64,000 bases of DNA from Candidatus Latescibacterota bacterium (GTDB taxonomy: Bacteria; Latescibacterota; UBA2968; UBA8231), in assembly GCA_965217585.1 (NCBI GenBank), contig OZ244561.1, positions 3,392,001 through 3,456,000 on the forward strand. The letters run 5' to 3'. Numbering within the stretch: position 1 is the stretch's first letter; every line of letters begins with the position of its first letter. The notes under the pieces were generated by a model. The model made no database searches and was not told the DNA's origin. It saw only the letters and a list, made by a program, of their open reading frames with translations. The position numbers and the translations under genes were made by a program. Below are positions 19,854-29,516 of this stretch, one piece after another.

Positions 19854-20621
19854 ATGAAAAGAACGGGCTATATCCTCGTCTTAGCAGCCATCGCGCTACC
19901 CCTCCTTAGCTGCGGCCACCGGCTCGGCATGCGGCATTTTGCCGGTCCCATCCAACCGGCCGCCGAGCAGCAGGGCGCCGAGTTGTCAATTGGCGACGAC
20001 CGCAGCATTACCTATACGCAGGGCCGGCTGGAGGTCAATCTGCGCCCCCTGACCGACGAAATCCTCAACCGGCAGTTCGCCGCCCACAGTCCGGATAAGT
20101 CGAGTTTTTATCTCAATCCATACGAAATGGAGCTCAACCCCTATACGTATTCGGACTGGAATCCACCGGAGCATTCGTGGGTTCCCGCCCGCTTTACGGT
20201 CTTCAGCTTAAAGGTGAAAAACTACGAATTTCCCAAGGTGTGGTTGGACCCAGAGAAAATCTCGCTGACGGCCGCCAACGGTCGCCAATATCAGGCGCTG
20301 AGTTTGGCCGCCATGGTCGAGTACTATTGGCCTTATGCCGTCGGCTATGGCGGCAACGTCTATTTGAATACCGAAGAGCGGAAGGACATCCTCCAGGAGA
20401 CCATGTACAAGACCGACGAGTTCGTCTTCAGCGGCCAGGAATCCACCGGCTTCATCGTGTTTCCGCCCTTGCACAGAGATGTGTCCTCGTTTGTGGTGGA
20501 GATCGAAGATCTGGCCCTGCGCTTCGACTTCCGGGACGAACCCATAGAAACCGTGAACATCGCCTATTTGTTTGACCGAGACGTCTATAAGGCCCGCAAG
20601 CCGCGTCCAGCCGAGCAGTAA
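19854..20621 (+). CDS. Conserved hypothetical lipoprotein
   Basis: MKR..LPLLSC lipobox. Ig-like beta pattern (FTVFSLKVKN..VFSGQESTGFIVFP). Confidence 0.7.
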   Translation: MKRTGYILVLAAIALPLLSCGHRLGMRHFAGPIQPAAEQQGAELSIGDDRSITYTQGRLEVNLRPLTDEILNRQFAAHSPDKSSFYLNPYEMELNPYTYSDWNPPEHSWVPARFTVFSLKVKNYEFPKVWLDPEKISLTAANGRQYQALSLAAMVEYYWPYAVGYGGNVYLNTEERKDILQETMYKTDEFVFSGQESTGFIVFPPLHRDVSSFVVEIEDLALRFDFRDEPIETVNIAYLFDRDVYKARKPRPAEQ

Positions 20622-20622
20622 G

Positions 20623-21972
20623 TCATTTTTCTTTCGTTAAAGAGTGATACTTGTCGAGGGCGGCTTGGCCCTCGACCTGTCGCCCCTGCCTGAAGTACAG
20701 CATACTCAAGTTGTAGTGGGCATCCGCGTACTCTGGATCGGCCGACAGGGCCTTTTGGAACATGCGGGTTGCCGCTTCCTCGTTGCCTAGCCGCAGATAG
20801 GCCACCCCCAAGTTGTTGTAGCCTTGGGCATAGCGCGGGTACAGGGCCAAGAGCTGTTCGTATTGCTGGATGGCCGCGCCGATCTGCTCGGTGTTCAGCA
20901 GGATGTTGGCGAGGTTGTTGCGCGCCCCGAGGTCGGCTGGATTGATGGCCAAGGCGCGGCGATACTCGCTGGCCGCGGCGTCGCGGTGCCCCAACCCCCC
21001 GTAGAGTACCCCCAAGTTGTAGTAAGCGTCCGCGTCCTCTGGGTAGAGCGTCAGCAGGTAGCGGTAGTGCTCGATTTGTTCGCGCACCGGCTGCAAACGC
21101 GCAAAAGCCGCCAGCAGCTTGCGCCCTTCTTCGGTCCGCCCCTCCCGCAAATAGAGCGTTCCCAGCCGGTGCAGGGCTTCGGGTTCAAACGGATCGGTCG
21201 CTACGGCTTGTACCAGCGCGGTTTCGGCTGCGCGCGGCCGCCCTTGTTGCAGCAGGACATGCCCGAGCGCAGCGAGGGCCAAGGCGTGATTGGCCCCCGC
21301 GTACGCGGGGGTCAACGCCGCTCGCAGGCTGGCCTCGGCTGCCGAGTACTGACCCAACTGGGCCTCGATCTGCCCTAGCCGGTAGTGAGCCTCCGCGCTC
21401 GTGGAATCTAGCCGGACGGCCTGCTGTAGTTGCGCCCGCGCCTCTGCGTAGCGGGCTTGCCGCTGATAGACTAGCCCCAAGTTGTAGTGGGTGGCCACGT
21501 GCTGTGGCTCCAACTCTAAGGCTTTATGCAGCACTTCAACGGCATCGGCGTAGCGGTTTTGATCGCCGTAAACGAGGGCCAGCTTGCGGTAAAAAGCGGG
21601 CTGGGCTGGCGCGTGCTGAAGGGCCGTTTGGTACGCGGCGATGGCTTGGTCGTTGCGCCGCTGCCGCACGTACAAGTCGCCGAGGGCCTCGTAGGCTGCT
21701 AGGTGCTGTGGGTCGCGTTGGATGATGTACTCGAAGTGCTGGATGGCCACGTCGAGCTGGCCGTGCTTGAGCAGCAGCCTCCCCAACAGCAGCCGCGCCT
21801 GCACGTGCTCTGGCTCGCTGTCGAGGGCCTGCTGACAGGACTGGATGGCCGGCAGGTAATTTTTGGCGTCGGCTTGGCGTTGGCACTCGTCGTAGTGGAG
21901 TTGGCCAGGGCCGTCGGCACAGGCGGCCACAAGCCATAGAGCGAGCGCTAGCGCCAATTTTTTATCTTCCAT
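20623..21972 (-). CDS. TPR-repeat lipoprotein (paralog of 1341..2672)
   Basis: MEDKKLALALALWLVAAC lipobox and tandem TPRs. Shares DPFEPEA.HRLG.LYLR and IxHYRYLL.LYPEDA with the paralog. Confidence 0.85.
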   Translation of the reverse strand: MEDKKLALALALWLVAACADGPGQLHYDECQRQADAKNYLPAIQSCQQALDSEPEHVQARLLLGRLLLKHGQLDVAIQHFEYIIQRDPQHLAAYEALGDLYVRQRRNDQAIAAYQTALQHAPAQPAFYRKLALVYGDQNRYADAVEVLHKALELEPQHVATHYNLGLVYQRQARYAEARAQLQQAVRLDSTSAEAHYRLGQIEAQLGQYSAAEASLRAALTPAYAGANHALALAALGHVLLQQGRPRAAETALVQAVATDPFEPEALHRLGTLYLREGRTEEGRKLLAAFARLQPVREQIEHYRYLLTLYPEDADAYYNLGVLYGGLGHRDAAASEYRRALAINPADLGARNNLANILLNTEQIGAAIQQYEQLLALYPRYAQGYNNLGVAYLRLGNEEAATRMFQKALSADPEYADAHYNLSMLYFRQGRQVEGQAALDKYHSLTKEK

Positions 21973-23282
21973 TTGACAAACATGGCCCAGTAGGCGGGAC
22001 GGCAATAGTAGCGGATATAGGCTTTTTCGAGCAGGCGTCTGACTTGGGGGGCCGACAAGTTTTCGTGCTCAAACACGAGGTGAAATTGCGTGTATTTTTC
22101 GTAGTCGTAGGTCGATATTCTGCCCGCGCGGTCGAGCCGGTCGTAAAAGGCCGTCCCGGGGTACGGAGTGGCAACGGAAAAGCGGGCCAGATAGGTGTTG
22201 AGCTTGATGGCGTATTGTACGACTTCCCTGATGGTTTCTTCGCTGTCGCCCTCTAGGGCCAAAATGTAGAAAGCGGCGACCTTGATGCCGCGCTTTTTAC
22301 AGAACGCGATGATGCGCTCTTGGTGCTGCTCCTCGACCAGCGGCCTTTTGTTGATTTTTGCGATGGCCGCGTTGGGGGTCTCTATGCCGACGTTGATGTT
22401 GCGCAACCCTACGGCGAACATCTGTTGCAAGTTTTCTTCGTCGAGCAAGTCGAGGCGGGTTTCCATACCCCATTCAATCTGGACGTTTCTCCGGTCTAGT
22501 TCTTCGCATAATTCGCGGACGAACGGCTTGTGGAGGCCGAAGAGGGGGTCCCTGAACTGAATGGCTTTTATGTGGTGTTGCTCCTTTAGCCGGACGATGT
22601 CATCGACGACTTTGTGCGCGGGCCGCAATCTGATTTTTGCTCCTTGGTACTCGCCATACGCGCAATAGGCGCGGCAGCTAAAGGGACATCCGCGGCTTGC
22701 TTGCAATGCGACAAATGGCCGCTTGGCAATGGCGGGGAGATAGCGGTATTGCTCTATGGGGAAGTTGTCAAATGAAGGTGCGGGCAGCGCCGCCATGTCG
22801 GTAGACGAGGCGATGGCCACGTGCCCCTTGAGCTGGTCGAGGTGCGCGAATTGGTGCGCGAAGAAGGCTTCTGGCTCGCCTTGAAGGACGAAGTCACCGC
22901 TGTCAAATAGCTGGGGAAATCGCGAGGGGAAAGGCCCCCAAAAACCTACTTTGGCTTGCGGCAGCTTCTCTTTGAGCGATTGACACACTTGGTTTTCGCG
23001 CCGGTAATCGACGAGCGAGCCGTATAGCAACACCAAGTCCACATCGCCTTGCGGCAGGGAACCTTCAAAATAGGATACCGCGTGGCCCTGTTCCTTGAGG
23101 ACACTTTGCAAGAACGCGAATTCGACGATGGGGATGCGGACCCACTTGCGCCGGAGTCGCTTTAGTATGCCAAACGCAAAGGAGTCGCCAAAGTCGTCGG
23201 CCGTGCCGAGGCCGCCGTTTAGGTCCTTATTGAGGCCGTACTTTTTGCTTTTGTTCAGGATGTGGACGAGTGCTATGTTCAT
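21948..23282 (-). CDS. Cobalamin-binding radical SAM protein
   Basis: SRGCPFSCRAYC cluster motif; F.DP.F, ETR.D, G....VG.E and TPYPGT motifs; N-terminal B12-binding-like region (G.FP..FP, GEPE). Confidence 0.85.
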   Translation of the reverse strand: MNIALVHILNKSKKYGLNKDLNGGLGTADDFGDSFAFGILKRLRRKWVRIPIVEFAFLQSVLKEQGHAVSYFEGSLPQGDVDLVLLYGSLVDYRRENQVCQSLKEKLPQAKVGFWGPFPSRFPQLFDSGDFVLQGEPEAFFAHQFAHLDQLKGHVAIASSTDMAALPAPSFDNFPIEQYRYLPAIAKRPFVALQASRGCPFSCRAYCAYGEYQGAKIRLRPAHKVVDDIVRLKEQHHIKAIQFRDPLFGLHKPFVRELCEELDRRNVQIEWGMETRLDLLDEENLQQMFAVGLRNINVGIETPNAAIAKINKRPLVEEQHQERIIAFCKKRGIKVAAFYILALEGDSEETIREVVQYAIKLNTYLARFSVATPYPGTAFYDRLDRAGRISTYDYEKYTQFHLVFEHENLSAPQVRRLLEKAYIRYYCRPAYWAMFVKWKIKNWR

Positions 23283-23306
23283 CGGCGCAATCAGGACTGA
23301 GACGAG

Positions 23307-24194
23307 ATGGCGGATTCTCCGCGTTTATTGATTACGGGCGCAAGCGGTTACGTGGGTCACCAACTAATGGCGGCAGCGGCTTGGGAGCAAGCCGTGTGGT
23401 TGGGGCGCAAAGATGTTTCGACTGCTAACTACACCCGCATCCGCTGCTACGACGAAGAGCACTTGGCGGAATACGTGCGGTCGGCCGATGTGGTCATCCA
23501 TTTGGCCGCGGTTGTGCGCGGGCGCGACCAAGACGCCATGACCGCTGCCAACGTCGAGCTGACGAGCCGTCTGCTTGGCGTGATGGAAAAGTACAGCCCC
23601 GATGCGCGGCTGATTTTCTTTAGTACGGACTTGGCCACCTCTGAGTATTCGCTCTATGGCCGTTCGAAGAACCGCGCTGAACAACTCATTGGCGCAAGTG
23701 CCTTAGACGCGGTTTGCCTGCGGGCGAGCATGATCGTCGGCGAGGAGGAGGGGGCACTGGTGGCGACCTTTGACGCGCTGACCAAACTGTCGCGGCTGAA
23801 GGTACTGCCCGTTCCCAATGGGGGCCGGTTCTTGGTGCGACCGCTGTGGATAGGCGACATCATTCAAGTTTTGCACGCTTTAATCCGCCGTCGGGGACAG
23901 GATGCGGATCGAGGCGTTTGGTCCATGTATGGAGCGTCTATCCGCTTTGTGGACTTGATGCGCCAATTGGCCCGCGCACAAGGCAACAAGCCCCTGTTGG
24001 TGCCGTTCCCCGTTCAGTGCATTACGTGGCCGGGTAGGGTCTTGTTGCGGCTCAGACCCCGAACCCAAGTGCCGATTGATTTCCTCGTCGCTCTGACGGA
24101 AGCAGCAAAAAAAGAAGCGCCGGATGTATTTCAACACTTGGGGATTGAACGCACGCCGATTGATCGCATCGTGCAGCGGCGGTCTTGCGTTTAG
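23307..24194 (+). CDS. NAD-dependent epimerase/dehydratase (extended SDR)
   Basis: ITGASGYVG, VIHLAA and YGRSK motifs. Confidence 0.85.
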   Translation: MADSPRLLITGASGYVGHQLMAAAAWEQAVWLGRKDVSTANYTRIRCYDEEHLAEYVRSADVVIHLAAVVRGRDQDAMTAANVELTSRLLGVMEKYSPDARLIFFSTDLATSEYSLYGRSKNRAEQLIGASALDAVCLRASMIVGEEEGALVATFDALTKLSRLKVLPVPNGGRFLVRPLWIGDIIQVLHALIRRRGQDADRGVWSMYGASIRFVDLMRQLARAQGNKPLLVPFPVQCITWPGRVLLRLRPRTQVPIDFLVALTEAAKKEAPDVFQHLGIERTPIDRIVQRRSCV

Positions 24195-24216
24195 CAGGGC
24201 GAGCTAGCCGTCCTAT

Positions 24217-24292
24217 AGATGCTTCGACTGCTCAACATGACGCCGACAAGCAGCGTACCAGCACCTGTCATGCTGAGCGGAGCGCAGCATCT
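24217..24292. repeat. REP-like imperfect inverted-repeat pair
   Basis: AGATGCTTCGACTGCTCAACATGAC (24217-24241) is the near reverse complement of GTCATGCTGAGCGGAGCGCAGCATCT (24267-24292). Confidence 0.65.
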
Positions 24293-24320
24293 CACACCGC
24301 CTGCGTATGGTTGAAGTAAT

Positions 24321-25952
24321 ATGCGCCGCTTGACCATCCCGGCCCTATTTGTCGCCGTTGCTCTCGTCCAGACTGCGCCGCTAGTACTGCATCTGACCAC
24401 GCACGTTCCCTTTGGGAATTACCCGGCCGCGACCACGGTGCGCTGGGAGATATGGACGCTGTGGTGGAACAGCGACCGGCTAACGCACGGATACCTCGAC
24501 TACTGGCACGCGCCAATTTTCCACCCCAATCCCGCAGCGTTTGCCTATTCGGAACCCCAATGGCTGACCGGCTTGGCCTTTGGCACCGCGTTGCTGCTTG
24601 CCGACTCCCCGCCCCTAGCTTACAACGCAATTTTGCTGGCGATTCTGGCGTTGAATGGCTGGAGCGGCTTTTTCTTGTTGCGTCAATTGGGTCTTTCACT
24701 GGGGACGGCCTTGGCCGGGGGCGTCCTCGTGGAGATGCTGCCCTTGGCCGCCGATCAACTCGGCGTCGTCCAGACAGTCGTGCTATTCCCTTGCATCATG
24801 GTACTGGCCTGCTTGGTCCAGTTCCGGCGCGACGGGGGAGCCGGCCCGCTGCTAAGGTGTGGCGTTTGGATGGCCGTGTGCTTTCACACGGCGTCGCACA
24901 CGGCCCTGTTGTTCGGGCCGGTGGCGGTGGCGGGTTATTTCGTCCTGTGTTGGCCGCCTCGGCGGCTCCTCGTACCTATTGCGGCGCTCGGCTTGTGCGG
25001 CGCATTGGTCGCGCCCATAGCCGTTGGGCAACTGCGCGTGCTGAGCGAATTGGATATGGAGCGGTATCGCTCGGCAGAGACGATTCGCCGCACCAGTGCT
25101 CGCGTTGACGACTACTTGCAGATGCCGGCCACCAACTGGCTGCGGCAACGCCCGCCCGATTGGCGGGGCCATGCGCTGGGGTTTGGGGTGGCTGTGTGGC
25201 CTTTGGCTTTGGTCGGGATTTGGTTTGGCCTAGCAGGCCGCTGCTATCGCCGCTGGACGTTATGCTGCCTCGGCGCGGCGCTGAGTTGCGTATTGCTGTC
25301 TTTCGGGCCTAGCCTCGACGCGCCGTGGCGCGCTCCTTACGAGTTGCTCCGGACGTGTTATCCGGGGTTTGAGTCCGCGCGCAATTTGTGGCGTTTTGCC
25401 GGGCTGGCGCAGCTTTTTGTCGCGTTGCTCGCGGCTTTGGGACTGGCTTGGTTGGGCCGCCGACGGTGGGCGCAGTGCTTGGTCGTTTTGGTTGTGGCCG
25501 TCGATTGGCTGTCTGCACCGGTGCCGCTGCTCAAGTGGGAAGTGCCGGCGCAGGAATGGGTCCAGTGGTTGCGAGAGTCGCCGCTGGATACGCGCATCAT
25601 CCACGTGCCCATGGTCGCCAGTGGCCGCGCCGACCGCTTTGATCGGACGACGTATTGGATGAACTGCCAGATGTATCACGAGCGGCCTATGGCCAATGGG
25701 TTTGCCAGCTTTGTGCCGCAGCATGTTCACGCCCTGTCACACATCATGGCGGGGTTTCCGAGCGCGAACAGCATTTCGGCGCTGCGCCGCCTCCAGATCA
25801 GTCACGTGCTAGTGGAAAGCGATTGGTTTGCGGAGCGCACCGAGCAGTTTGAGGTGTGGGACGAGCATCTCGCGCTGGAAAAGGTGACGGCGGATGTGAG
25901 GATTTACCGCGTGGTGTCTTCTGGGGACGCTAAAGAAGCGGTCGCAAATTAG
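24321..25952 (+). CDS. Polytopic membrane protein, GT-C/YfhO-like glycosyltransferase
   Basis: W.LWW, YW.APIFHP....AYSE, P..AYN, PGF...R...RF and M.NG.AS motifs; many TM helices. Confidence 0.65.
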   Translation: MRRLTIPALFVAVALVQTAPLVLHLTTHVPFGNYPAATTVRWEIWTLWWNSDRLTHGYLDYWHAPIFHPNPAAFAYSEPQWLTGLAFGTALLLADSPPLAYNAILLAILALNGWSGFFLLRQLGLSLGTALAGGVLVEMLPLAADQLGVVQTVVLFPCIMVLACLVQFRRDGGAGPLLRCGVWMAVCFHTASHTALLFGPVAVAGYFVLCWPPRRLLVPIAALGLCGALVAPIAVGQLRVLSELDMERYRSAETIRRTSARVDDYLQMPATNWLRQRPPDWRGHALGFGVAVWPLALVGIWFGLAGRCYRRWTLCCLGAALSCVLLSFGPSLDAPWRAPYELLRTCYPGFESARNLWRFAGLAQLFVALLAALGLAWLGRRRWAQCLVVLVVAVDWLSAPVPLLKWEVPAQEWVQWLRESPLDTRIIHVPMVASGRADRFDRTTYWMNCQMYHERPMANGFASFVPQHVHALSHIMAGFPSANSISALRRLQISHVLVESDWFAERTEQFEVWDEHLALEKVTADVRIYRVVSSGDAKEAVAN

Positions 25953-26734
25953 TTTGCTCCCCGAGGCAGACTGCGCCAGCGGTCGTAGTAAAGTTGCGCT
26001 TTCTCCGGCAGCGCTGCTCGCACTCGGTCGGACAGGCGCCATTCCCAGTCGCTACCTACATAGTCCATTGGCTCTTGGGGATCGTAGCGCCGCAGGCCGC
26101 CGGTGACGCTCAGCCGCCGTTCCAAGTCGTCGGGTTTGTGGCCGCGGTGGATGATTTTGCCGTTCCAAAACACGGTTTGTCCCCGCCGCAAGTCCACCTG
26201 CACCCCGCCGGGAATTGGCTGACGCGTATTGCTGAATAGCACCTCGGCTTCCGGCTCGGTGCGATAGCGCCGCTGACTGCCCGTAACCACCCATAGGCAC
26301 GGGTCGTCGAGCAGGGCCGTCTGCCATTTGAGGCTGACGAAAGGCTGGTTGAGAATGGCCATTTCCTCAGCTTCGCTGTAATTGACCGGCGGCTGGCCAA
26401 TGTCGCGATGCCATCCGGTGTCGTAGGAACGTTCTGTACACCACAGATGCACGTGTCCGAGCCGCAGCTCCGACCCTAAGAAGGCTTCGGCGTAGCGGGT
26501 GATTGGAGCGGAGATCAGGTATTCGGCGAATGCGGGCTCGGCGAATTCCGGGGCGATCACGCCCAAGACGCCTGTAGAATCGGGACCTTGACCAGAGACA
26601 TCGACTTGTCCCGAGCGCACCTTATCGACCACCCGCCGGCCCGCTGCCTCCAAGCGATCGAGCAGGTCCGGTGCTACGGCGTCATCGACGACGACGAAGC
26701 CGTCGTTGAAATAGGTCGTTTTGAAGTCGGTCAT
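25949..26734 (-). CDS. Phytanoyl-CoA dioxygenase (PhyH)-family Fe(II)/2OG oxygenase
   Basis: DGFVVV, WHRD, L.V..GS and IIHRG motifs (HxD...H triad). Confidence 0.85.
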   Translation of the reverse strand: MTDFKTTYFNDGFVVVDDAVAPDLLDRLEAAGRRVVDKVRSGQVDVSGQGPDSTGVLGVIAPEFAEPAFAEYLISAPITRYAEAFLGSELRLGHVHLWCTERSYDTGWHRDIGQPPVNYSEAEEMAILNQPFVSLKWQTALLDDPCLWVVTGSQRRYRTEPEAEVLFSNTRQPIPGGVQVDLRRGQTVFWNGKIIHRGHKPDDLERRLSVTGGLRRYDPQEPMDYVGSDWEWRLSDRVRAALPEKAQLYYDRWRSLPRGAN

Positions 26735-26773
26735 TGCGGGTTCCTTTTGTCGGGAATGTGATGGGTGTTCGCG

Positions 26774-29461
26774 CTATCTCTTTTGGCTTTGGGCGCGAGC
26801 TTGGCGAATCCAGCGGTGGGCATTGGGATGGTCGGGGACTTGCAGCAGCAGTTGTTCCCATGTCGCAATGGCCTCGCGCAAGCGCCCTCGCGCCGCATAG
26901 GCATATCCCAAGTCTTGGTAGGCTTCCACCAAATCTGGCTGCACCCGGCACGCTTGTTCATACGACAATATAGCTCGATCCGGCTGCCCCATGCGAAAGA
27001 GCACCGTGCCCATGCCCAAATGCGCTAGGCCGTGCTGCGGGTTCAATTCGACGGCCCGCTGAAAAGACGCCAGTGCCTCTGCGAGACGCCCCTGCCGGCC
27101 GTACGCAGTGCCCAACTCGCCGTGTGTCGAGGCGTCTTGCGGCATTACTGCGAGCCGCTGTTGAAGATTTTTGACCTTCTTGTGCAGGGGAAAGAACCGC
27201 TCGAAAAGCCGCTGCTCTTTTTGCGCGTCTGCCGCACGCCCCAGCTTGTTGTACACACGGACCAGTTGCAGGTGAGGGTTGGGTTCCCAAGGAGCTTGCT
27301 CTGCGGCCTGCGCAAAGGCGGCGGCCGCGGCTCGCAAGCTATCGGCCCGCATGTTCGCCAGCCCCAACCAAGTGTGGTACTCCCAAGACGAGGGCACCAA
27401 GGCAACCGCCTGTTCAAACGACTGAATGGCTTCGGCGAGGCGGTTCAGGCCGAGATACGCCCGACCTAGGTAGAAGTGAGAATCGACGGAGGTGGGATAG
27501 TCACGCACGGCGTCTTTTAGCACCTGAGCACCCTCTTCGTAATGCCCTAGGCCGGTGACGAGCAACAGCCCCAAATGGAATCGCAGGGGTAGCGAATCCG
27601 GCGTCTGCCGCAGCCCCTGTTCGAGCACGGCTCGCACCTCGCCGTAGCGCGCCGCAGCGAACAGGGCCTTACTGGTCTTGAGGTAATCGTCGGCCTCCCA
27701 GTGCGGCTCGCCGACCGCAGGTAAGGGCTCGGTGGTTGGCTGTCCTTGGACCGCGGCTGGCGGTTCTGTTAAAACCTCCTCTTCGCGCTCCTGCGCATCG
27801 CTTGGTGAATCAACTACGACTTCGCCGCGTCCCTCGTGAATTTCTAGGTAGCGACGCAAGGGTGGCGACTTCAACACCTGCCGTCGGCCGGCCGGCCAGC
27901 GAATCTCCACCTCGTCGATCTGCTCGTGCGCTCCCAAGCCGATCAGCAGCCGTCGGTCGTGCCCGGCTTGAAAGCCATAACCGCGATGCACCTCGCGCAC
28001 GAGGTCTAAGCCAGCGGCCCGCACGCGCACTTGGGCACCAATCGCATCCCGATTGCTCTCGGAGCCGATTAGCTTTAGGCCCAGCCAATTGTTGCGGTTG
28101 CCCCCGTCGTTGCGCAGCAGGGTTGGGGTGTCGTTGAGATTGACGATTAACAGATCGACATCCCCATCGTTGTCCATATCCCCGAGGGAGGCGGCCCGGC
28201 TGACCTTTGCAACGGCCCACCCCGCCCCCATTTGGTCCCCGACTTCGACAAAGCGCCCTCCGCGATTTTGGTACAGCAAGTTGCGCTGGGCGTAGCGCAG
28301 GCCGGAAGCATAGCTGTTTAACTGGGGATAGAGGTGCCCATTGGCCACGAACAGATCCAGCCAGCCGTCGTTGTCAAAGTCGAAAAACCCCGTGCCCCAT
28401 CCCAAGTAGGGCAGCGCGATTCCTCCGAGGCCGGCTTCGTACGTGGCGTCGATAAAGCGCAAGTCGCCCTCGTTGCGGTAGAGCGTGTTGACATCGTTGG
28501 AAAAGTTGGTCACGAACAGGTCGAGCCGCCCGTCGCGGTCATAGTCGCCGCTGTGTACCCCCATGCCAGCTTGGTCTTTGCCATAGCCGCTAAAGGCCAC
28601 GCCCGCTTCGATGCCAACTTCGGTTAGCTGCCAAGGGCCGTCGTTGCGCAGCAGCAGGTTGGGCGCGGTGTCATTGGCCACGTAGATATCGAGATCGCCG
28701 TCCGCATCGAGATCGCCGAAAACCACGCCGAGGCCCGGATAGGCGTATTGGTCCAGCCCGGTGGTCGCGCTTTTGTCGATAAAGCGGCCCGCGCCGGCAT
28801 TGGCGTACACTCGGTCGGGCTGACGGGTGAAGCCGCCGGGGCCGCAAAATACGTCCAGCCCTTTATAGGGACATTTGGCGTCTATACTTGGGGGATTTTC
28901 CACGTCGAAGGCCACGTAGTTGGCAACGTATAGGTCCAAGAGGCCATCGCCGTCCAGATCGCCAAAGGCCGCGCTGGTGCCCCAACTTTCGTCCGCCACG
29001 CCAGCCGCTTGTGCCCCTGCGGGGAAAGCCTGCCCATCGTTGCGGTAGAGCCGGTTGGGGCCTAAATAGGTCGCGTACACATCGGGATCGCCGTCGTTGT
29101 CAAAATCGCCCACGGCACAGCCCATGCCCCAACCGCTCGGCCCCAAATCCACCTGTACCTCGCGAAAGCTCCCGCCTTCGTTGCGGAAAAGTCGGTTCCG
29201 CGCTGCAGCCGATGGCTGCTCCAGCCGGGTTCCATTGACGAAGAAGAGGTCCAGATACCCGTCGCCATCGTAATCGAGAAATGCGCTGCCAGCCGACGCG
29301 GACTCGGCGATATAGTGTTGATCGGTGCTGCCGGAGACGTTGGTGAACTGTAAGCCGGTTTGTGCGCCGACCTCGACGAATTGTGGGAGCGGACTTTGAG
29401 GGGGGGAGTTGCATCCCAAAAGCGAGATCAATGCGGCGCTGGCTACGTTTAGGTGGTACAT
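26774..29461 (-). CDS. CRTAC1/ASPIC-UnbV family FG-GAP protein with C-terminal TPRs, lipoprotein
   Basis: LLGC lipobox; DYDGDGYLDL repeats; AGMGV, GWG..F.DFDNDG and SNRDAIGA.V..VEIRWP (UnbV) motifs; TPR tail. Confidence 0.9.
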   Translation of the reverse strand: MYHLNVASAALISLLGCNSPPQSPLPQFVEVGAQTGLQFTNVSGSTDQHYIAESASAGSAFLDYDGDGYLDLFFVNGTRLEQPSAAARNRLFRNEGGSFREVQVDLGPSGWGMGCAVGDFDNDGDPDVYATYLGPNRLYRNDGQAFPAGAQAAGVADESWGTSAAFGDLDGDGLLDLYVANYVAFDVENPPSIDAKCPYKGLDVFCGPGGFTRQPDRVYANAGAGRFIDKSATTGLDQYAYPGLGVVFGDLDADGDLDIYVANDTAPNLLLRNDGPWQLTEVGIEAGVAFSGYGKDQAGMGVHSGDYDRDGRLDLFVTNFSNDVNTLYRNEGDLRFIDATYEAGLGGIALPYLGWGTGFFDFDNDGWLDLFVANGHLYPQLNSYASGLRYAQRNLLYQNRGGRFVEVGDQMGAGWAVAKVSRAASLGDMDNDGDVDLLIVNLNDTPTLLRNDGGNRNNWLGLKLIGSESNRDAIGAQVRVRAAGLDLVREVHRGYGFQAGHDRRLLIGLGAHEQIDEVEIRWPAGRRQVLKSPPLRRYLEIHEGRGEVVVDSPSDAQEREEEVLTEPPAAVQGQPTTEPLPAVGEPHWEADDYLKTSKALFAAARYGEVRAVLEQGLRQTPDSLPLRFHLGLLLVTGLGHYEEGAQVLKDAVRDYPTSVDSHFYLGRAYLGLNRLAEAIQSFEQAVALVPSSWEYHTWLGLANMRADSLRAAAAAFAQAAEQAPWEPNPHLQLVRVYNKLGRAADAQKEQRLFERFFPLHKKVKNLQQRLAVMPQDASTHGELGTAYGRQGRLAEALASFQRAVELNPQHGLAHLGMGTVLFRMGQPDRAILSYEQACRVQPDLVEAYQDLGYAYAARGRLREAIATWEQLLLQVPDHPNAHRWIRQARAQSQKR

Positions 29462-29516
29462 TGTCTAGACTGTGATTATGGGATTTTTGGATTGCCTTGA
29501 TTAAGGGCGGCCGCTC

